A stretch of DNA of 59,083 nt from Pirellulaceae bacterium. GTDB taxonomy: Bacteria; Planctomycetota; Planctomycetia; Pirellulales; Pirellulaceae. Numbering within the stretch: position 1 is the stretch's first letter; the number at the start of each line of letters is the position of its first letter. Shown here in pieces: positions 1-10,211 of the stretch. The notes beneath the pieces were generated by a model, which was not told the DNA's origin, did not search any database, and saw nothing but the letters and a program-made list of their open reading frames with translations. The stretch is from positions 1-59,083 of the forward strand of contig JAYGDH010000497.1 in NCBI GenBank assembly GCA_046583055.1, given 5' to 3'. Made by a program: the position numbers and the translations under genes.

Positions 1-1
1 G

Positions 2-1933
2 TGGTACATACGCTATGCGATAAAAATCGGTATGACCGTTGATGAGATTTACGAGCTGACGAAGATCGATCGCTGGTTTCTGGACCAGTTGCTGCAACTG
101 GTAGAAATGGAAAATCATCTGGCCGAGCTGGGTTCACCAGAAAAAGTCGATGACGCTACGCTCCGCAAGGCGAAGCAGTTTGGGTTTGCGGATCGGCAGC
201 TGGCTACGCTGCTTAATAGTAACGAACAGGAAATTCGCCAGTGGCGCAAGAGCCGTTCGGTGACCGCGACCTTCAAGTCCGTTGATACATGTGCTGCCGA
301 GTTTGAAGCTTACACGCCGTATTTTTACTCAACGTATGAAGATGAAGATGAAACACCGGCCAAGCAGCCCGGCAAGAAACGAATTATCATCCTGGGTGGT
401 GGGCCTAACCGTATTGGCCAGGGGATCGAGTTCGACTATTGCTGTTGCCACGCCAGTTTTGCCTTGCGCGAACTGGGGATCGAGTCGATCATGGTCAATT
501 CCAACCCGGAGACGGTCAGCACGGACTATGACACCAGTGACCTGCTCTTTTTTGAACCATTGACTACCGAAGATGTATTGAATATCTGCGATGCGGTTCA
601 ACCAGATGGAGTTATTGTTCAGTTCGGGGGTCAGACCCCCTTGAACCTGGCCCGGGCACTGGAAGACGCCGGGGTACCGATTGTTGGGACCAGCGTGGAT
701 ACGATTGAAGAAGCTGAAGATCGGGAAAAATTCCAGCAGATGTTGTACGAGGTAGGCCTGAAGCAACCCGCCAATAGCATTGCCCGCAATATGACCCAGG
801 CCCGGGCCGCAGCTGCCAAGGTGGGCTTTCCGGCCCTGGTGCGCCCGAGCTTCGTGCTGGGCGGTCGTGCCATGGAAATTTGTTACGACCGAAGCCAGTT
901 CGAGCAGTTCGTCGCTGCAGCCTTCGTTGTTTCACAGGGTCAACCCGTGTTGATTGATCGCTTTTTGGAAGATGCTACCGAGGTCGATGTTGATGCGATT
1001 GCCGATGGTACCGATGTGGTCATTGCCGGCGTGATGGAACATATCGAGGAGGCCGGGGTTCATTCTGGTGATTCCGCGTGTTCGATTCCACCCTATAGCC
1101 TGTCAGGTCCCGTGGTCCAGGAAATCGTGGAAAGCACGAAAGCGATGGCTCGCCAACTACGAGTCGTGGGTCTCATGAATGTTCAGTTTGCTGTCAAGAA
1201 AGAAGATGGCAAGATGAATGTCTACGTGCTGGAGGTGAATCCCCGCGCCAGCCGGACCATTCCGTTCGTGGCTAAGGCGACTGGTGTTTCAATAGCCAAT
1301 ATTGCGGCCAAGGTCATGGTAGGGGAAAAACTGGCGGACCTGGACTTTACCAGCACACCCATTCCCAGGCATGTGTCGATCAAGGAAAGCGTATTTCCCT
1401 TCCGTAAATTTGCCGGCGTGGATATTGTACTCGGACCGGAAATGCGAAGTACCGGGGAAGTGATGGGAATCAGTGAGCGGTTTTCAATGGCGTTTGCCAA
1501 GAGCCAGTTAGCTGCCGGGGTGGTGTTGCCCGAGAAGGGAGAAGGAAAGATTTTCCTCAGTGTGACCGCTCGCCACAAGCCAATCATTACCGATCTCGCA
1601 CGCCGACTGGCCATCATGGGTTACGAGCTGCTGGCAACCGAGGGGACCGCCCAGTCACTGGAAAGGGAGAATATTCCGGTTGCCCACGTCAAGAAAATTG
1701 CAGAAGGTCATCCGAACCTGATCGATTACCTGATTGACGGAAAGGTGGCACTGGCGCTCAATACTCCCAACGGTAAGGGTGCTCGTACCGATGAAGGCAG
1801 GATTCGGGCTGCCGCCGTGCAATATGGCGTACCCTGTATCACCACGATCCAGGCAGCAGAAGCAGCCGTGACTGCCATGGAAGCACTGCAGGAAGAAGTA
1901 ATGACGGTGCAGGCATTACAGGATCGCTTCTAG
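2..1933 (+). CDS. carB: carbamoyl-phosphate synthase large subunit, C-terminal ~640 aa (5' end lies upstream of the window)
   Basis: The frame is open from base 2 (WYIRYAIKIGMTVDEIYELTKIDRWF). It contains the second ATP-grasp half (GGGPNRIGQGIEFDYCC, EVNPRASRTIPFV) and an MGS-like C-terminal domain. Stop at 1931-1933. Confidence 0.95.
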   Translation, partial: WYIRYAIKIGMTVDEIYELTKIDRWFLDQLLQLVEMENHLAELGSPEKVDDATLRKAKQFGFADRQLATLLNSNEQEIRQWRKSRSVTATFKSVDTCAAEFEAYTPYFYSTYEDEDETPAKQPGKKRIIILGGGPNRIGQGIEFDYCCCHASFALRELGIESIMVNSNPETVSTDYDTSDLLFFEPLTTEDVLNICDAVQPDGVIVQFGGQTPLNLARALEDAGVPIVGTSVDTIEEAEDREKFQQMLYEVGLKQPANSIARNMTQARAAAAKVGFPALVRPSFVLGGRAMEICYDRSQFEQFVAAAFVVSQGQPVLIDRFLEDATEVDVDAIADGTDVVIAGVMEHIEEAGVHSGDSACSIPPYSLSGPVVQEIVESTKAMARQLRVVGLMNVQFAVKKEDGKMNVYVLEVNPRASRTIPFVAKATGVSIANIAAKVMVGEKLADLDFTSTPIPRHVSIKESVFPFRKFAGVDIVLGPEMRSTGEVMGISERFSMAFAKSQLAAGVVLPEKGEGKIFLSVTARHKPIITDLARRLAIMGYELLATEGTAQSLERENIPVAHVKKIAEGHPNLIDYLIDGKVALALNTPNGKGARTDEGRIRAAAVQYGVPCITTIQAAEAAVTAMEALQEEVMTVQALQDRF

Positions 1934-2073
1934 GTTTCACGTTACTAGCCAGGATGCCCGGATCAAGGGACCAGGTAGGGGATTGGTCTTGCCTGCAGGT
2001 GACGAAATCGACTACAAGCTCATCCGCAATGGTCGGCGGAATCTCGGTTTTTTGATCGATGAGCAGGTGAAAC

Positions 2074-2445
2074 ATGAACCAGTCCTTACGATGGTCTCTT
2101 CTTGCGATCCTGGTCCTGGGCAGTATCAACCTGCCAGCACGCGCCGGTAACCAGGAAGTACCAGTCGTCGCGGGCACAGTCGAGACGGCCTCGTCACTGT
2201 TACTGATCGTGGAAGTGGGTGACCTGAAAGATCAGCTAGAGAAGGGGCTGAAGGCTCGTCGGCCTGCAGAACTGGCTTTTATTGCCCACGTCGTGGTACT
2301 GGTAAAAACCAATAAATTGCCCTTGCCGCTGGTCAAATCGGTATTCCAGTGGGCCCGCAAACGGGGTGCAAAAATCAACTACCCATTTCCCTACTTCGAA
2401 CGCGCGTTAAGAATAAGGGCTAAGAAACTAGGCATCATCATCTAG
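2074..2445 (+). CDS. small secreted hypothetical protein (signal peptide, basic C-terminus)
   Basis: 123-aa ORF with an N-terminal signal-like segment ([17 protein letters not shown]). It fills the carB-pyrC gap on the same strand. I recognise no domain. Confidence 0.55.
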   Translation: MNQSLRWSLLAILVLGSINLPARAGNQEVPVVAGTVETASSLLLIVEVGDLKDQLEKGLKARRPAELAFIAHVVVLVKTNKLPLPLVKSVFQWARKRGAKINYPFPYFERALRIRAKKLGIII

Positions 2446-2458
2446 ATTTCAGGGCTCC

Positions 2459-3790
2459 ATGAAAACGCTTATTCGAAACGCTTCCGTGATCCTGCCATCC
2501 GGCATGGCATCTGTATCGGTACTGGTCGATGGTTCTCGCATCGCAGATATTGACCCCGCTATCCAGGTTAGCGCTGATGAGGTGATCGACGCGACCGGTC
2601 TACACCTCCTGCCAGGAGTGATCGATGACCAGGTACACTTCCGTGAACCAGGCCTGACCCACAAGGAAGATTTACATCATGCATCCCGGGCCTGTGCCAA
2701 GGGCGGCGTGACGACCTTCCTGGAAATGCCCAATACCAATCCCAACACGATCGATCAGGTACGACTGGAGGCCAAGTTGGCACGGGCAGCCGAGGTGAGC
2801 CTGGTCAATTATGGATTCTATATCGGTGCGACGCCGGATAACGTAGCCCAGCTCAAGCAGGCCACCCGTACCCCGGGTATCAAGATCTTTATTGGATCCA
2901 GTACCGGAAATCTACTGGTAGATCGGCAAGAGGACCTGGAGGCAATTTTTGCAGAAACGACGTTGCCAATCACCGCTCACTGTGAAGACGAATCGACTAT
3001 CCAGGAAAACTGGAAGCGCTATGCAAAGACCACGGACGTGGCTGACCATTCTCGAATTCGTGATCACCAGGCTGCCATGGTTGCTACCAGGCGTGCGATT
3101 GACCTGGCACTTAGGCACCAGCATCGCTTTCACGTATTACACGTATCAACGGGCGCGGAAACCGGGTTGCTGCGAGACCATCATGACCTGATCACGGCGG
3201 AGGCGTGTCCGCATCACCTATTTTTCCACGTCGGCGATTACGAACGACTGGGAACGTTGATCCAGATGAATCCGTCGATCAAGACGGCCGAGGATAATCA
3301 ACAGTTGTGGACGGCTCTTCAGGAAGGCGATATCCAGGTGATCGCTACCGATCATGCGCCCCATACATGGGAAGAAAAACAACAGCCGTACCCGGCCTCT
3401 CCCGCCGGGCTACCGGCGGTGGAAAACTCGCTGGCCCTGATGCTGAACCAGGTACATGCAGGTCGCTGTACCCTGGAGCAAGTGGTGCATTGGATGTGTG
3501 ATGCACCAGCGAGGGTGTGGGATATTGTGAACAAGGGCCGCATCGAGGTTGGCTATGATGCGGACCTGGTCCTGGTCGACCTGGCCCGATCCCAGGAAGT
3601 TCGCAATGCGGAGCAGCAAACCAAGTGCGGGTGGAGCCCCTGGGACGGGGAAACCCTCGTGGGTTGGCCGGTGCGTACCTGGGTCATGGGTCACAGTGTC
3701 TATTGCGATGGCACATTCGACGATCAGCAACTGGGACAGGAAGCCCGCTTTGACCACGCTCGGGGAGGTTACTGGAAGACGGGTGACTGA
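2459..3790 (+). CDS. pyrC: dihydroorotase (cyclic amidohydrolase family)
   Basis: Metal-binding motifs [24 protein letters not shown] and IATDHAPH are present. The pyrimidine-pathway context next to carB supports the call. Confidence 0.85.
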   Translation: MKTLIRNASVILPSGMASVSVLVDGSRIADIDPAIQVSADEVIDATGLHLLPGVIDDQVHFREPGLTHKEDLHHASRACAKGGVTTFLEMPNTNPNTIDQVRLEAKLARAAEVSLVNYGFYIGATPDNVAQLKQATRTPGIKIFIGSSTGNLLVDRQEDLEAIFAETTLPITAHCEDESTIQENWKRYAKTTDVADHSRIRDHQAAMVATRRAIDLALRHQHRFHVLHVSTGAETGLLRDHHDLITAEACPHHLFFHVGDYERLGTLIQMNPSIKTAEDNQQLWTALQEGDIQVIATDHAPHTWEEKQQPYPASPAGLPAVENSLALMLNQVHAGRCTLEQVVHWMCDAPARVWDIVNKGRIEVGYDADLVLVDLARSQEVRNAEQQTKCGWSPWDGETLVGWPVRTWVMGHSVYCDGTFDDQQLGQEARFDHARGGYWKTGD

Positions 3791-3804
3791 TGGATCCCGG
3801 TCGC

Positions 3805-6531
3805 TTACTGCTCAGCCAGGGGGAGCGTGGTCACGATCTGAGCGTCTACCTTGCTGCCAGCAACCGCCGTCACCAGGACCTGGCTGGCCGGTTCAATATC
3901 GATCAGTCCGTTCAGCTCAACAGTACCATTGACGGTGCTGCGTGTACCACGAATGGGCAGTCCCGAGATGGTGGCAAAGCGCACGTCGGCGTTGGCCAGC
4001 GTTTTTAGCGGGGGCAGTCGACAACTAATGGGGCGCCCGGTTGTTTGCAATGGAACCTGGGCTTCTCCCCCTCCCCGTGGCTTGTCTTGTGGTGCATCGA
4101 TCAGGTTTCGGATTCGGAACTGTACGTTTCCATCAATCCGGGGGTCGAAGTGCATCTCGAGGAAATTCCAGTACTGGGGACCCTGGCGAGGTTTTTTCGA
4201 GGGCGATTCAAAGGCCTTGTGATAGAGTGCCGTGATTTCCAGCTCCCGCTCGTCGTAGTCTTTCATGCGTGGTCCGAAACCCGGTTTTAACTGCCGCCCG
4301 CCGGTACGTCCGATTGGCCCAAAACTACACTCGTACAGGTTGTGTTCCAGGTTTTTCATGATGCAGCCATTGTGGACATCCCCGTAGACCGAGAAGATAC
4401 CATCGCGGCTACCGAACAATTCCAGCACGCGATCGCAACCCGCTTTCACCCAGCCTGCATAATCTGCCACGACGCGATTGCGTTGCTTCATGGGGGCAGG
4501 TTCCCAGATGGTATGCATGCCATTGATGCCCGTAGCCATGATCAGTGGAGCAGAGCTGTTGGTAACGAGTTCTTGTAACCAGGCAAATTGCTCTTCACCA
4601 AGCAAGCTGCGCGTGGGATCCGTGCGATCATAGATATCTTCCTTACCACCCCACCCCTCGGTTTCCCAGATATGGGTATCCTGGGAACTGCGCCAGAGGC
4701 GAGCATCGACGATTGCCAGCGTAAAGTCACGGTTGGGCATGACCCAGGCGGACCAGCGTTTCGGGTTGTCCACGGGCGAGGGTTTTTCGTCGCCGCTGAT
4801 CAGGTGCTGAACGATCTGGAAATTGCGGCGCATGTATTCGCGGTCCTGGCCCAGGTCCTCGCGCCGTCGCAAGGCCAGTTGTTCCGGACCCTTGACATCA
4901 TCCATGCCGTAATCGTGGTCACCTGGATTCATGGTGTTCCAATGTCGCATCATCTGCCAGCGCGAGGTGGGACCCGCGATAGCTGTCATCATTTGCAGGT
5001 AGGCATCGTCCACGCTGGGCGTGTACAGCAGCAGTTCCAGGTACCAGATGTCATCTTCCCAGACCATGATCTGGAAATCGTAGTCTTCCAGATGTTCGTA
5101 GGCCTTGATAGCGGGTTGATCGTGGATCCAGTTTTCCTGGAATTTGCCGGCGTTACCCCCATCGAATTCGCCATGGATCGCATGGCAACTCAGGCCGCAG
5201 AGGCGGTAGGGTGCCTGCAGCCGGGGTAAACGACCGACGTATTCTTTCTTGCCAAGGAAGCCACTCCGCGGATCCGCTGTGACGTTACGTCCATCTTTCC
5301 AGATGGTGTAATACATCTTGGCCTGTCCCGGGTCCAGGGGAAGGGTGGCATCGATGACTGCTGTGGCCCGGCGAAAATCATTCGTGATGATCGTACCACT
5401 ACCAGCCACGGGGACCTGTTCCCAGCCCTGGTCAGGTCTTTCCAGCGGGCTGATACGAATCTCTGCCTTGTCCCCCTGGTCTCGAAATACTGTGACGAAG
5501 CGGCAGGTCCACTTACCATCGGCATTCTTGTGGAGCGTATTGCCCAGCGGATAGCCGACGCGCAGCTGGTTCACTTCTGACAGGATGGATTCGTTGTCCT
5601 CGGGTACCAGCAGGACTCGTCGGATTTCCACGTCCAGCAGTCCACGGGTAACCACCCCGAAGTAACCTCGGGTCATGGCCGCCTGGTCGACGCCCTGGCA
5701 CTCGACGGTCGTGACCTGGTCCTTGAATACGAACTGTGCAGTAACGTTTGCCTTGACTGCATCAGTAGGATCCACCTTCAGGTAGATGACGATCGGGTCT
5801 CCCGCTTTGAGGGCTGACGCTGGTTTCTCGGATTGTTTTTGTGCGGGTGTGGGAAGATCCTTGGCATGGTCATAAATGCCAAAAGTCTGGTTGTCTCGCC
5901 AGGCTGCGTACCAGCAGGCCTGGCCCACCCGACTGCCTCCGTACCAACTTTCCATGCGCGTCTTGGCTCCAAAGCAGATCCCAATCAGTCCATCTCCGGG
6001 ATTGATCTCAAAGCCTGCTGTTTTTTCAGGCAACTGCTGGATGGTCGCTTCCATCACGATCATGTAACTGCCGGAGAGGTTCCAGTCCCGCCTCCACAGC
6101 ATGCCGTAGGGTGGCGAGCTCAAGTACTCAGTGGGCATCACGCCATTGTTGATATTGTTGGTCTCGTAGTGAAAGGGAAAGCCGGTTTTTCGCGCTCGGT
6201 CACCACGGGTTCGTACGCGACGACGCAGGGCGTTATTCTCGATTTTCCAGTAACCTGGATTGAGGGATTCCCAGCCATCCCCGTGGTAGAAGGTATCGGA
6301 TTTCTGGAAGTCATCCACGACCAGCAGTTCGCCCGTAATATTTTCACCGAGCGAGACTCTCTTGTCGTTCACCGCATCCTGTCCATGCACCTGCGAGGAA
6401 GCCTGGTTCAGCGCGGTGATGCCACCGGCAGCCGCCAGCGAGGTTTCATGAAAGGCCCGCCGCGATACACCACTGGACCGTGGGTCAGATGCATTCTCAC
6501 GACGGGATGGTTGCTGGTTAGCCATGGTCAA
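3805..6531 (-). CDS. Tat-exported large protein with a PhoD-like metallophosphatase C-terminal half; the N-terminal half is possibly DUF1080/lectin-like
   Basis: 908-aa ORF with a twin-arginine signal (SRRAFHETSLAAAGGITAL). Metallophosphatase-like motifs are NPGDHDYG and YGDVHNG. The track start is TTG at 6531; the ATG two codons downstream (6523-6525) is equally possible. Confidence 0.75.
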   Translation of the reverse strand: MTMANQQPSRRENASDPRSSGVSRRAFHETSLAAAGGITALNQASSQVHGQDAVNDKRVSLGENITGELLVVDDFQKSDTFYHGDGWESLNPGYWKIENNALRRRVRTRGDRARKTGFPFHYETNNINNGVMPTEYLSSPPYGMLWRRDWNLSGSYMIVMEATIQQLPEKTAGFEINPGDGLIGICFGAKTRMESWYGGSRVGQACWYAAWRDNQTFGIYDHAKDLPTPAQKQSEKPASALKAGDPIVIYLKVDPTDAVKANVTAQFVFKDQVTTVECQGVDQAAMTRGYFGVVTRGLLDVEIRRVLLVPEDNESILSEVNQLRVGYPLGNTLHKNADGKWTCRFVTVFRDQGDKAEIRISPLERPDQGWEQVPVAGSGTIITNDFRRATAVIDATLPLDPGQAKMYYTIWKDGRNVTADPRSGFLGKKEYVGRLPRLQAPYRLCGLSCHAIHGEFDGGNAGKFQENWIHDQPAIKAYEHLEDYDFQIMVWEDDIWYLELLLYTPSVDDAYLQMMTAIAGPTSRWQMMRHWNTMNPGDHDYGMDDVKGPEQLALRRREDLGQDREYMRRNFQIVQHLISGDEKPSPVDNPKRWSAWVMPNRDFTLAIVDARLWRSSQDTHIWETEGWGGKEDIYDRTDPTRSLLGEEQFAWLQELVTNSSAPLIMATGINGMHTIWEPAPMKQRNRVVADYAGWVKAGCDRVLELFGSRDGIFSVYGDVHNGCIMKNLEHNLYECSFGPIGRTGGRQLKPGFGPRMKDYDERELEITALYHKAFESPSKKPRQGPQYWNFLEMHFDPRIDGNVQFRIRNLIDAPQDKPRGGGEAQVPLQTTGRPISCRLPPLKTLANADVRFATISGLPIRGTRSTVNGTVELNGLIDIEPASQVLVTAVAGSKVDAQIVTTLPLAEQ

Positions 6532-6807
6532 GGGAGTCCGGATTGTACTTCAATAAAACCGTCCTGAAGCGAAACGCTCCAGTCGTGGCCATTCGTTCGC
6601 GTGACATCCCTGAAAAGATGGTGCCGACCCTGCGAAACGCCGCACCAACAACATCCTGCATCCATGAGCAGGAAATGACGGTTGCTTTCAGGATAAACCA
6701 AAACAGGGTACCTTTGCAAAGAGGTAAGCGCTGTTTTCAGCAGAGTTTTTTATCAGCAGGGAATTTTTGAAGGCAGGTTCCGTCCGGACCAGGCCCGGGA
6801 GAGTGTC

Positions 6808-6969
6808 ATGAAACCAAAAGAAGAATTGCTGGATGTGATCGAACAAATTCGTAGCGAACAGAGCCCTGTCGGCATAGATGCCGTGTATGTCCACGCCTTG
6901 ATCCTGGATCAACTGGCCTCCCTGGATAGCCGGCTGCAGGAAATCGAGTCGCGGCTAGGATCCGGGTGA
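6808..6969 (+). CDS. possible 53-aa small protein (helical, acidic); speculative
   Basis: ATG..TGA ORF below the track cutoff (MKPKEELLDVIEQIRSEQSPVGIDAVYVHALILDQLASLDSRLQEIESRLGSG). Codon usage looks like neighbouring genes. It lies in an otherwise unassigned 420-bp gap and overlaps the aroB 3' end by 15 nt, convergently. Confidence 0.3.
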   Translation: MKPKEELLDVIEQIRSEQSPVGIDAVYVHALILDQLASLDSRLQEIESRLGSG

Positions 6970-8082
6970 AGCTGCCGGCGGGGAAAGGGCCTGGCGTACC
7001 AGCTCGGGGGGGACATCGTTGACCAGTTCGACGTGTCCCAGCTTGGTGGGCAGCACGAAATGCAGCTTGCCGTGTTCCACTTTCTTGTCATGTTGCATCG
7101 CTTCCAGCAGGGCCTCGGTATCGAGATCCGAGACGGTAACAGGAAGATGGCAGGCTCTTAACAGGGACTCCTGTCGTGAAATCATTGCCTCGTCTACCCG
7201 GTCCAGGGAGGCGGCCAGGCGCGCCGCACACATCATCCCGATCGAGACGGCTTCGCCATGAAGAAAGCGACCGTAATCAGTGACCGTTTCAAAGGCATGA
7301 CAAAAAGTATGCCCGTAATTGAGAATGGCTCGCAACCCGGTTGTCTCGCGTTCATCGTTTTCCACCACACCGGCTTTTAACTGGCAACAGCGTGAAATGA
7401 TGGTTGCCAGGATTTCCGGATCGCGGGTATGAATCTTGGACACGTTTTCTTCCAGTAGAGTGAAAAACTCGGCATCCATGATCACACCGTATTTGATTAC
7501 CTCGGCCAGGCCGGCCTGGTACTCACGGTCAGGCAGGGTGTGTAGCACCAGCGGATCGATCAGGACACCTGCGGGTTGCCAAAAGGACCCCACCATGTTC
7601 TTGGCACGGGCCAAATTGATTCCGACCTTGCCACCCACGCTGCTGTCGACCTGGGCTAATAGCGTCGTGGGAACCTGAATCAATGGCAGCCCCCGGGTAT
7701 ACGTGGCCGCCACGAATCCGGCCAGGTCGCCTACCACGCCTCCACCCACGGCAATCACGACCGTACGCCGGTCTGCCTTGATGTCCAGCAGCTCGCCTCA
7801 GATTTCTTCCATGATCCGTAGCGATTTACTTGATTCCCCGGCCGGGATCGTCAGCAAGTCGCAGGTAATACCAGCCTGCGCCAGGTTCTCGGAAACAATT
7901 TGCGCGTGGGTGGTCTTGAGATTGGAATCGGTGATGACCACCGCATGGGTTAACTCGGTCGCTGCCTGGACAAGGGACGCTGTTTTTCGCAGCAACCCGG
8001 ATCCAATGTAAATCTCGTAGGACCGGTCACTCAAATTAACCGGGATACGAATAATATCAGTATCCACCGTGAGACTCCCCAC
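6955..8082 (-). pseudogene. aroB: 3-dehydroquinate synthase interrupted by one in-frame TGA (7798-7800); otherwise full length (375 codons)
   Basis: The two track ORFs (7798..8082 and 6955..7758) are in the same frame. The read-through sequence is ..SLRIMEEI*GELLDIKADRRTVVIAVGGGVVGDLAGF.., which continues seamlessly into the AroB GGGVxGDxxGF NAD motif, followed by VDSSVGGKVGINL and HGEAVSIGM. Confidence 0.85.
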
Positions 8083-8091
8083 CGAGACACG

Positions 8092-8316
8092 CTAGGCCTC
8101 CAGCCGTTGCAAGTCTTCCTCTGTTACCGTGATTTGTCTACAGAAACCGGTCAGCACACGCACGTATTCCAAGTCCGCACAGTTCTCGGGATCCCCGTGT
8201 AAACCTTCTTCCAGGCGAGCTCTTTCGTCCGCTTCCAGGTGGTCGTATTCGGCCGACCACACCGTGTTGGTTTCAACGATCAACGCTTCGCGGTATGGGT
8301 CAAACTTGTCAGCCAC
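8092..8316 (-). CDS. small acidic hypothetical protein (74 aa), first gene of an operon with aroB
   Basis: GTG start preceded by AGGAGG with an 8-nt spacer. Its stop lies 9 nt before the aroB GTG. I recognise no domain. Confidence 0.7.
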   Translation of the reverse strand: MADKFDPYREALIVETNTVWSAEYDHLEADERARLEEGLHGDPENCADLEYVRVLTGFCRQITVTEEDLQRLEA

Positions 8317-8444
8317 AACCTAGGCCTCCTCGTCAATTAGCAGTCGGATCCAGCCCAACTTGTTGCCGACTGGATATCGTTTCAGGATCCCGCCTAGTAT
8401 ACTCCGAGCAGGGAGTTGCGAGAATACCGTACCGGGAGCCAGGG

Positions 8445-8996
8445 ATGCAGCGGGGACAAATCGCTATCGTGTTGATCGTCGGGGTTGCCATCGCCATGGC
8501 AGGCTATACCTGTTGGCACCAGTATCGCAAGGGCTACCAGGCACTACGGTTCTGGGGCCAGCAGTCCGCCACGTTGATCCGCCACGCCCCGCAGGTCGAG
8601 TTGTTGAAACTGGCCGGAGATCGACAGGCCGACGATGAAGTTTTCATTGGAAATGCAGCACCACTGTCGGTATTGCGGATCGGCGACCAGGATGTCCCGG
8701 TCCTGCAGCGGGATGATATCAGCACCATGAGAGGCCTGGTCCATGCACGCCATACCCTGATTGTCGATCGTAATTTTGACTGGCAGCAGCCGGTAACCAA
8801 TCTTGCTACTGACTGGGATTTTGCGTTGCGATTTTCCGATCAGCAGCAGCAGGTCACGCTGGTCTTTTCCCTTCACCAGCGGGTGGTGCGGTCACTCGAT
8901 CATGATCGACAGTTGAAAATGAACGAGGCGCTCGATCGTATCGTGGAATTCTTCCAGCCGCAACTTGATTTACAGGTGGACAAACCTGGTCCCTAG
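8445..8996 (+). CDS. membrane-anchored hypothetical protein (183 aa)
   Basis: An internal ATG at 8445 gives MQRGQIAIVLIVGVAIAMAGYTCW, a single N-terminal TM segment. The part of the track ORF upstream (8295-8444) overlaps the divergent small gene and looks non-coding. Confidence 0.6.
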   Translation: MQRGQIAIVLIVGVAIAMAGYTCWHQYRKGYQALRFWGQQSATLIRHAPQVELLKLAGDRQADDEVFIGNAAPLSVLRIGDQDVPVLQRDDISTMRGLVHARHTLIVDRNFDWQQPVTNLATDWDFALRFSDQQQQVTLVFSLHQRVVRSLDHDRQLKMNEALDRIVEFFQPQLDLQVDKPGP

Positions 8997-9004
8997 GTTC
9001 GTGC

Positions 9005-10015
9005 TTAAACACCGCTCTTGTTCGGCAGGGTCATGCGAGATATTCCCATTCCCGCCAGTAATCCTGCGGCGTGAGCCAGATTGGCTATCGGCATCGTACC
9101 GGCCTGCGTGAGAAAGACGCAGAAAAATAACCAACCGATCATGAACATGATCGTGGTCGGATGGAGAAACAGTCGTGCGGAGGGGTCCATTCGCATGCGC
9201 ACCCAGATGAATCCCAGTAATCCGTACACCACCCCGGACATGCCGCCATGGTTCCAGGTACCACTAAAAGCTTCCCAGGTCGTGGGCGCCAGGGATTGCG
9301 CGAGGACGGATAGAATCGCAATGGTGACAACGAGGCCGGCATAGCGCGGTGTGCCATAGCGTGCTTCCAGGGATGATCCCAGGTCATGCAACCATAGCAT
9401 GTTAAACACCAGGTGCATGATACCCATGTGCAGAAAAATCGGTGTAACCAATCGCCATAATTCCCAGGGGTTCGTTTGTAAGCTGATCAATGCCAGTCGC
9501 TGTTCATCCTGGGCGGTCACCATGCCGTTTTCGTCCAGGATGGCTTGACGTTCCCGTTGCACTAATGCAGCGTCGGCGAACTGAAGGTGACGCGACCAAC
9601 CATTTTTGGGAGCCCGTGCGTTTAACAGCGTGCCAGCCAGTAAGCTCACCAGGACGGAAAGAGCGATCAACATCTTGGTCAGCGGGTTGTGCCGCTTGCC
9701 CCGCCCCTGTCGCCACTGGCCACGCATCTGGACATGCTGCCGCTTTACCTGTTCCTGGCGTTCTTGCTGCCGCTTGGCGTCTTCCTGCTGCAAGGTCGTG
9801 GCTGTCTGCACCGCTTCGCGATACCGCGTATGTTCCGGGTCCGCCTGGAATTGTTCGAAAATCTCCAGGGCAGCTGGTAAATCGTCTTCTTCGCGTACCC
9901 AGATCAGCCAGCCAGCATCATCCTGCTCCGTATGTGCCTCGATTCCCTCGGTAATCAGGTATGCCGTTAGCCGACGGGCATGTTCTTCGTTGGTTAACGA
10001 GGTTAATTGTCGCAT
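9005..10015 (-). CDS. rhomboid-family intramembrane serine protease with an N-terminal cytoplasmic domain
   Basis: Contains HxxxN (HLVFNMLWL), the catalytic GxSG (GGMSGVVYGLLGF) and a C-terminal AHxxG (LAHAAGLLAG) across predicted TM helices. Confidence 0.85.
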   Translation of the reverse strand: MRQLTSLTNEEHARRLTAYLITEGIEAHTEQDDAGWLIWVREEDDLPAALEIFEQFQADPEHTRYREAVQTATTLQQEDAKRQQERQEQVKRQHVQMRGQWRQGRGKRHNPLTKMLIALSVLVSLLAGTLLNARAPKNGWSRHLQFADAALVQRERQAILDENGMVTAQDEQRLALISLQTNPWELWRLVTPIFLHMGIMHLVFNMLWLHDLGSSLEARYGTPRYAGLVVTIAILSVLAQSLAPTTWEAFSGTWNHGGMSGVVYGLLGFIWVRMRMDPSARLFLHPTTIMFMIGWLFFCVFLTQAGTMPIANLAHAAGLLAGMGISRMTLPNKSGV

Positions 10016-10146
10016 GGATGGATAGCTCGGGTAATAAGGTAAAGCGTGGTATTGCTGGTTGCTAGCACATTCGTTGTACCCGAAGTGACTATTGCTGGAA
10101 CAGGGGGTTGCGGCGACTCACCTAGGCGTAATCGTCGTGATTTGTC

Positions 10147-10152
10147 TATAAT
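10147..10152 (+). promoter_or_regulatory. candidate -10 box (TATAAT) for the ParA-like gene
   Basis: An exact TATAAT hexamer lies 60 nt upstream of the ATG at 10212. No convincing -35 was seen. Confidence 0.25.
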
Positions 10153-10211
10153 CCCTCGCCACAGAATTGGCCCTGGCAGGGATATCGGTCCATCATAAGG
10201 AGTTTGTTTAC

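Noticed and set aside
4588-6567. 213-aa and 244-aa plus-strand ORFs (4588-5229, 5833-6567)
   Set aside because: Both are antisense shadows inside the 908-aa Tat-signal gene. Neither has motifs or a ribosome-binding context.
7798-7800. Selenocysteine or genetic-code reassignment as an explanation for the in-frame TGA in aroB
   Set aside because: Many other genes in the window terminate with TGA at the expected ends. The position is not a redox-active Cys site, and no SECIS-like hairpin is evident immediately downstream. Mutation, sequencing error or low-level read-through is more parsimonious.
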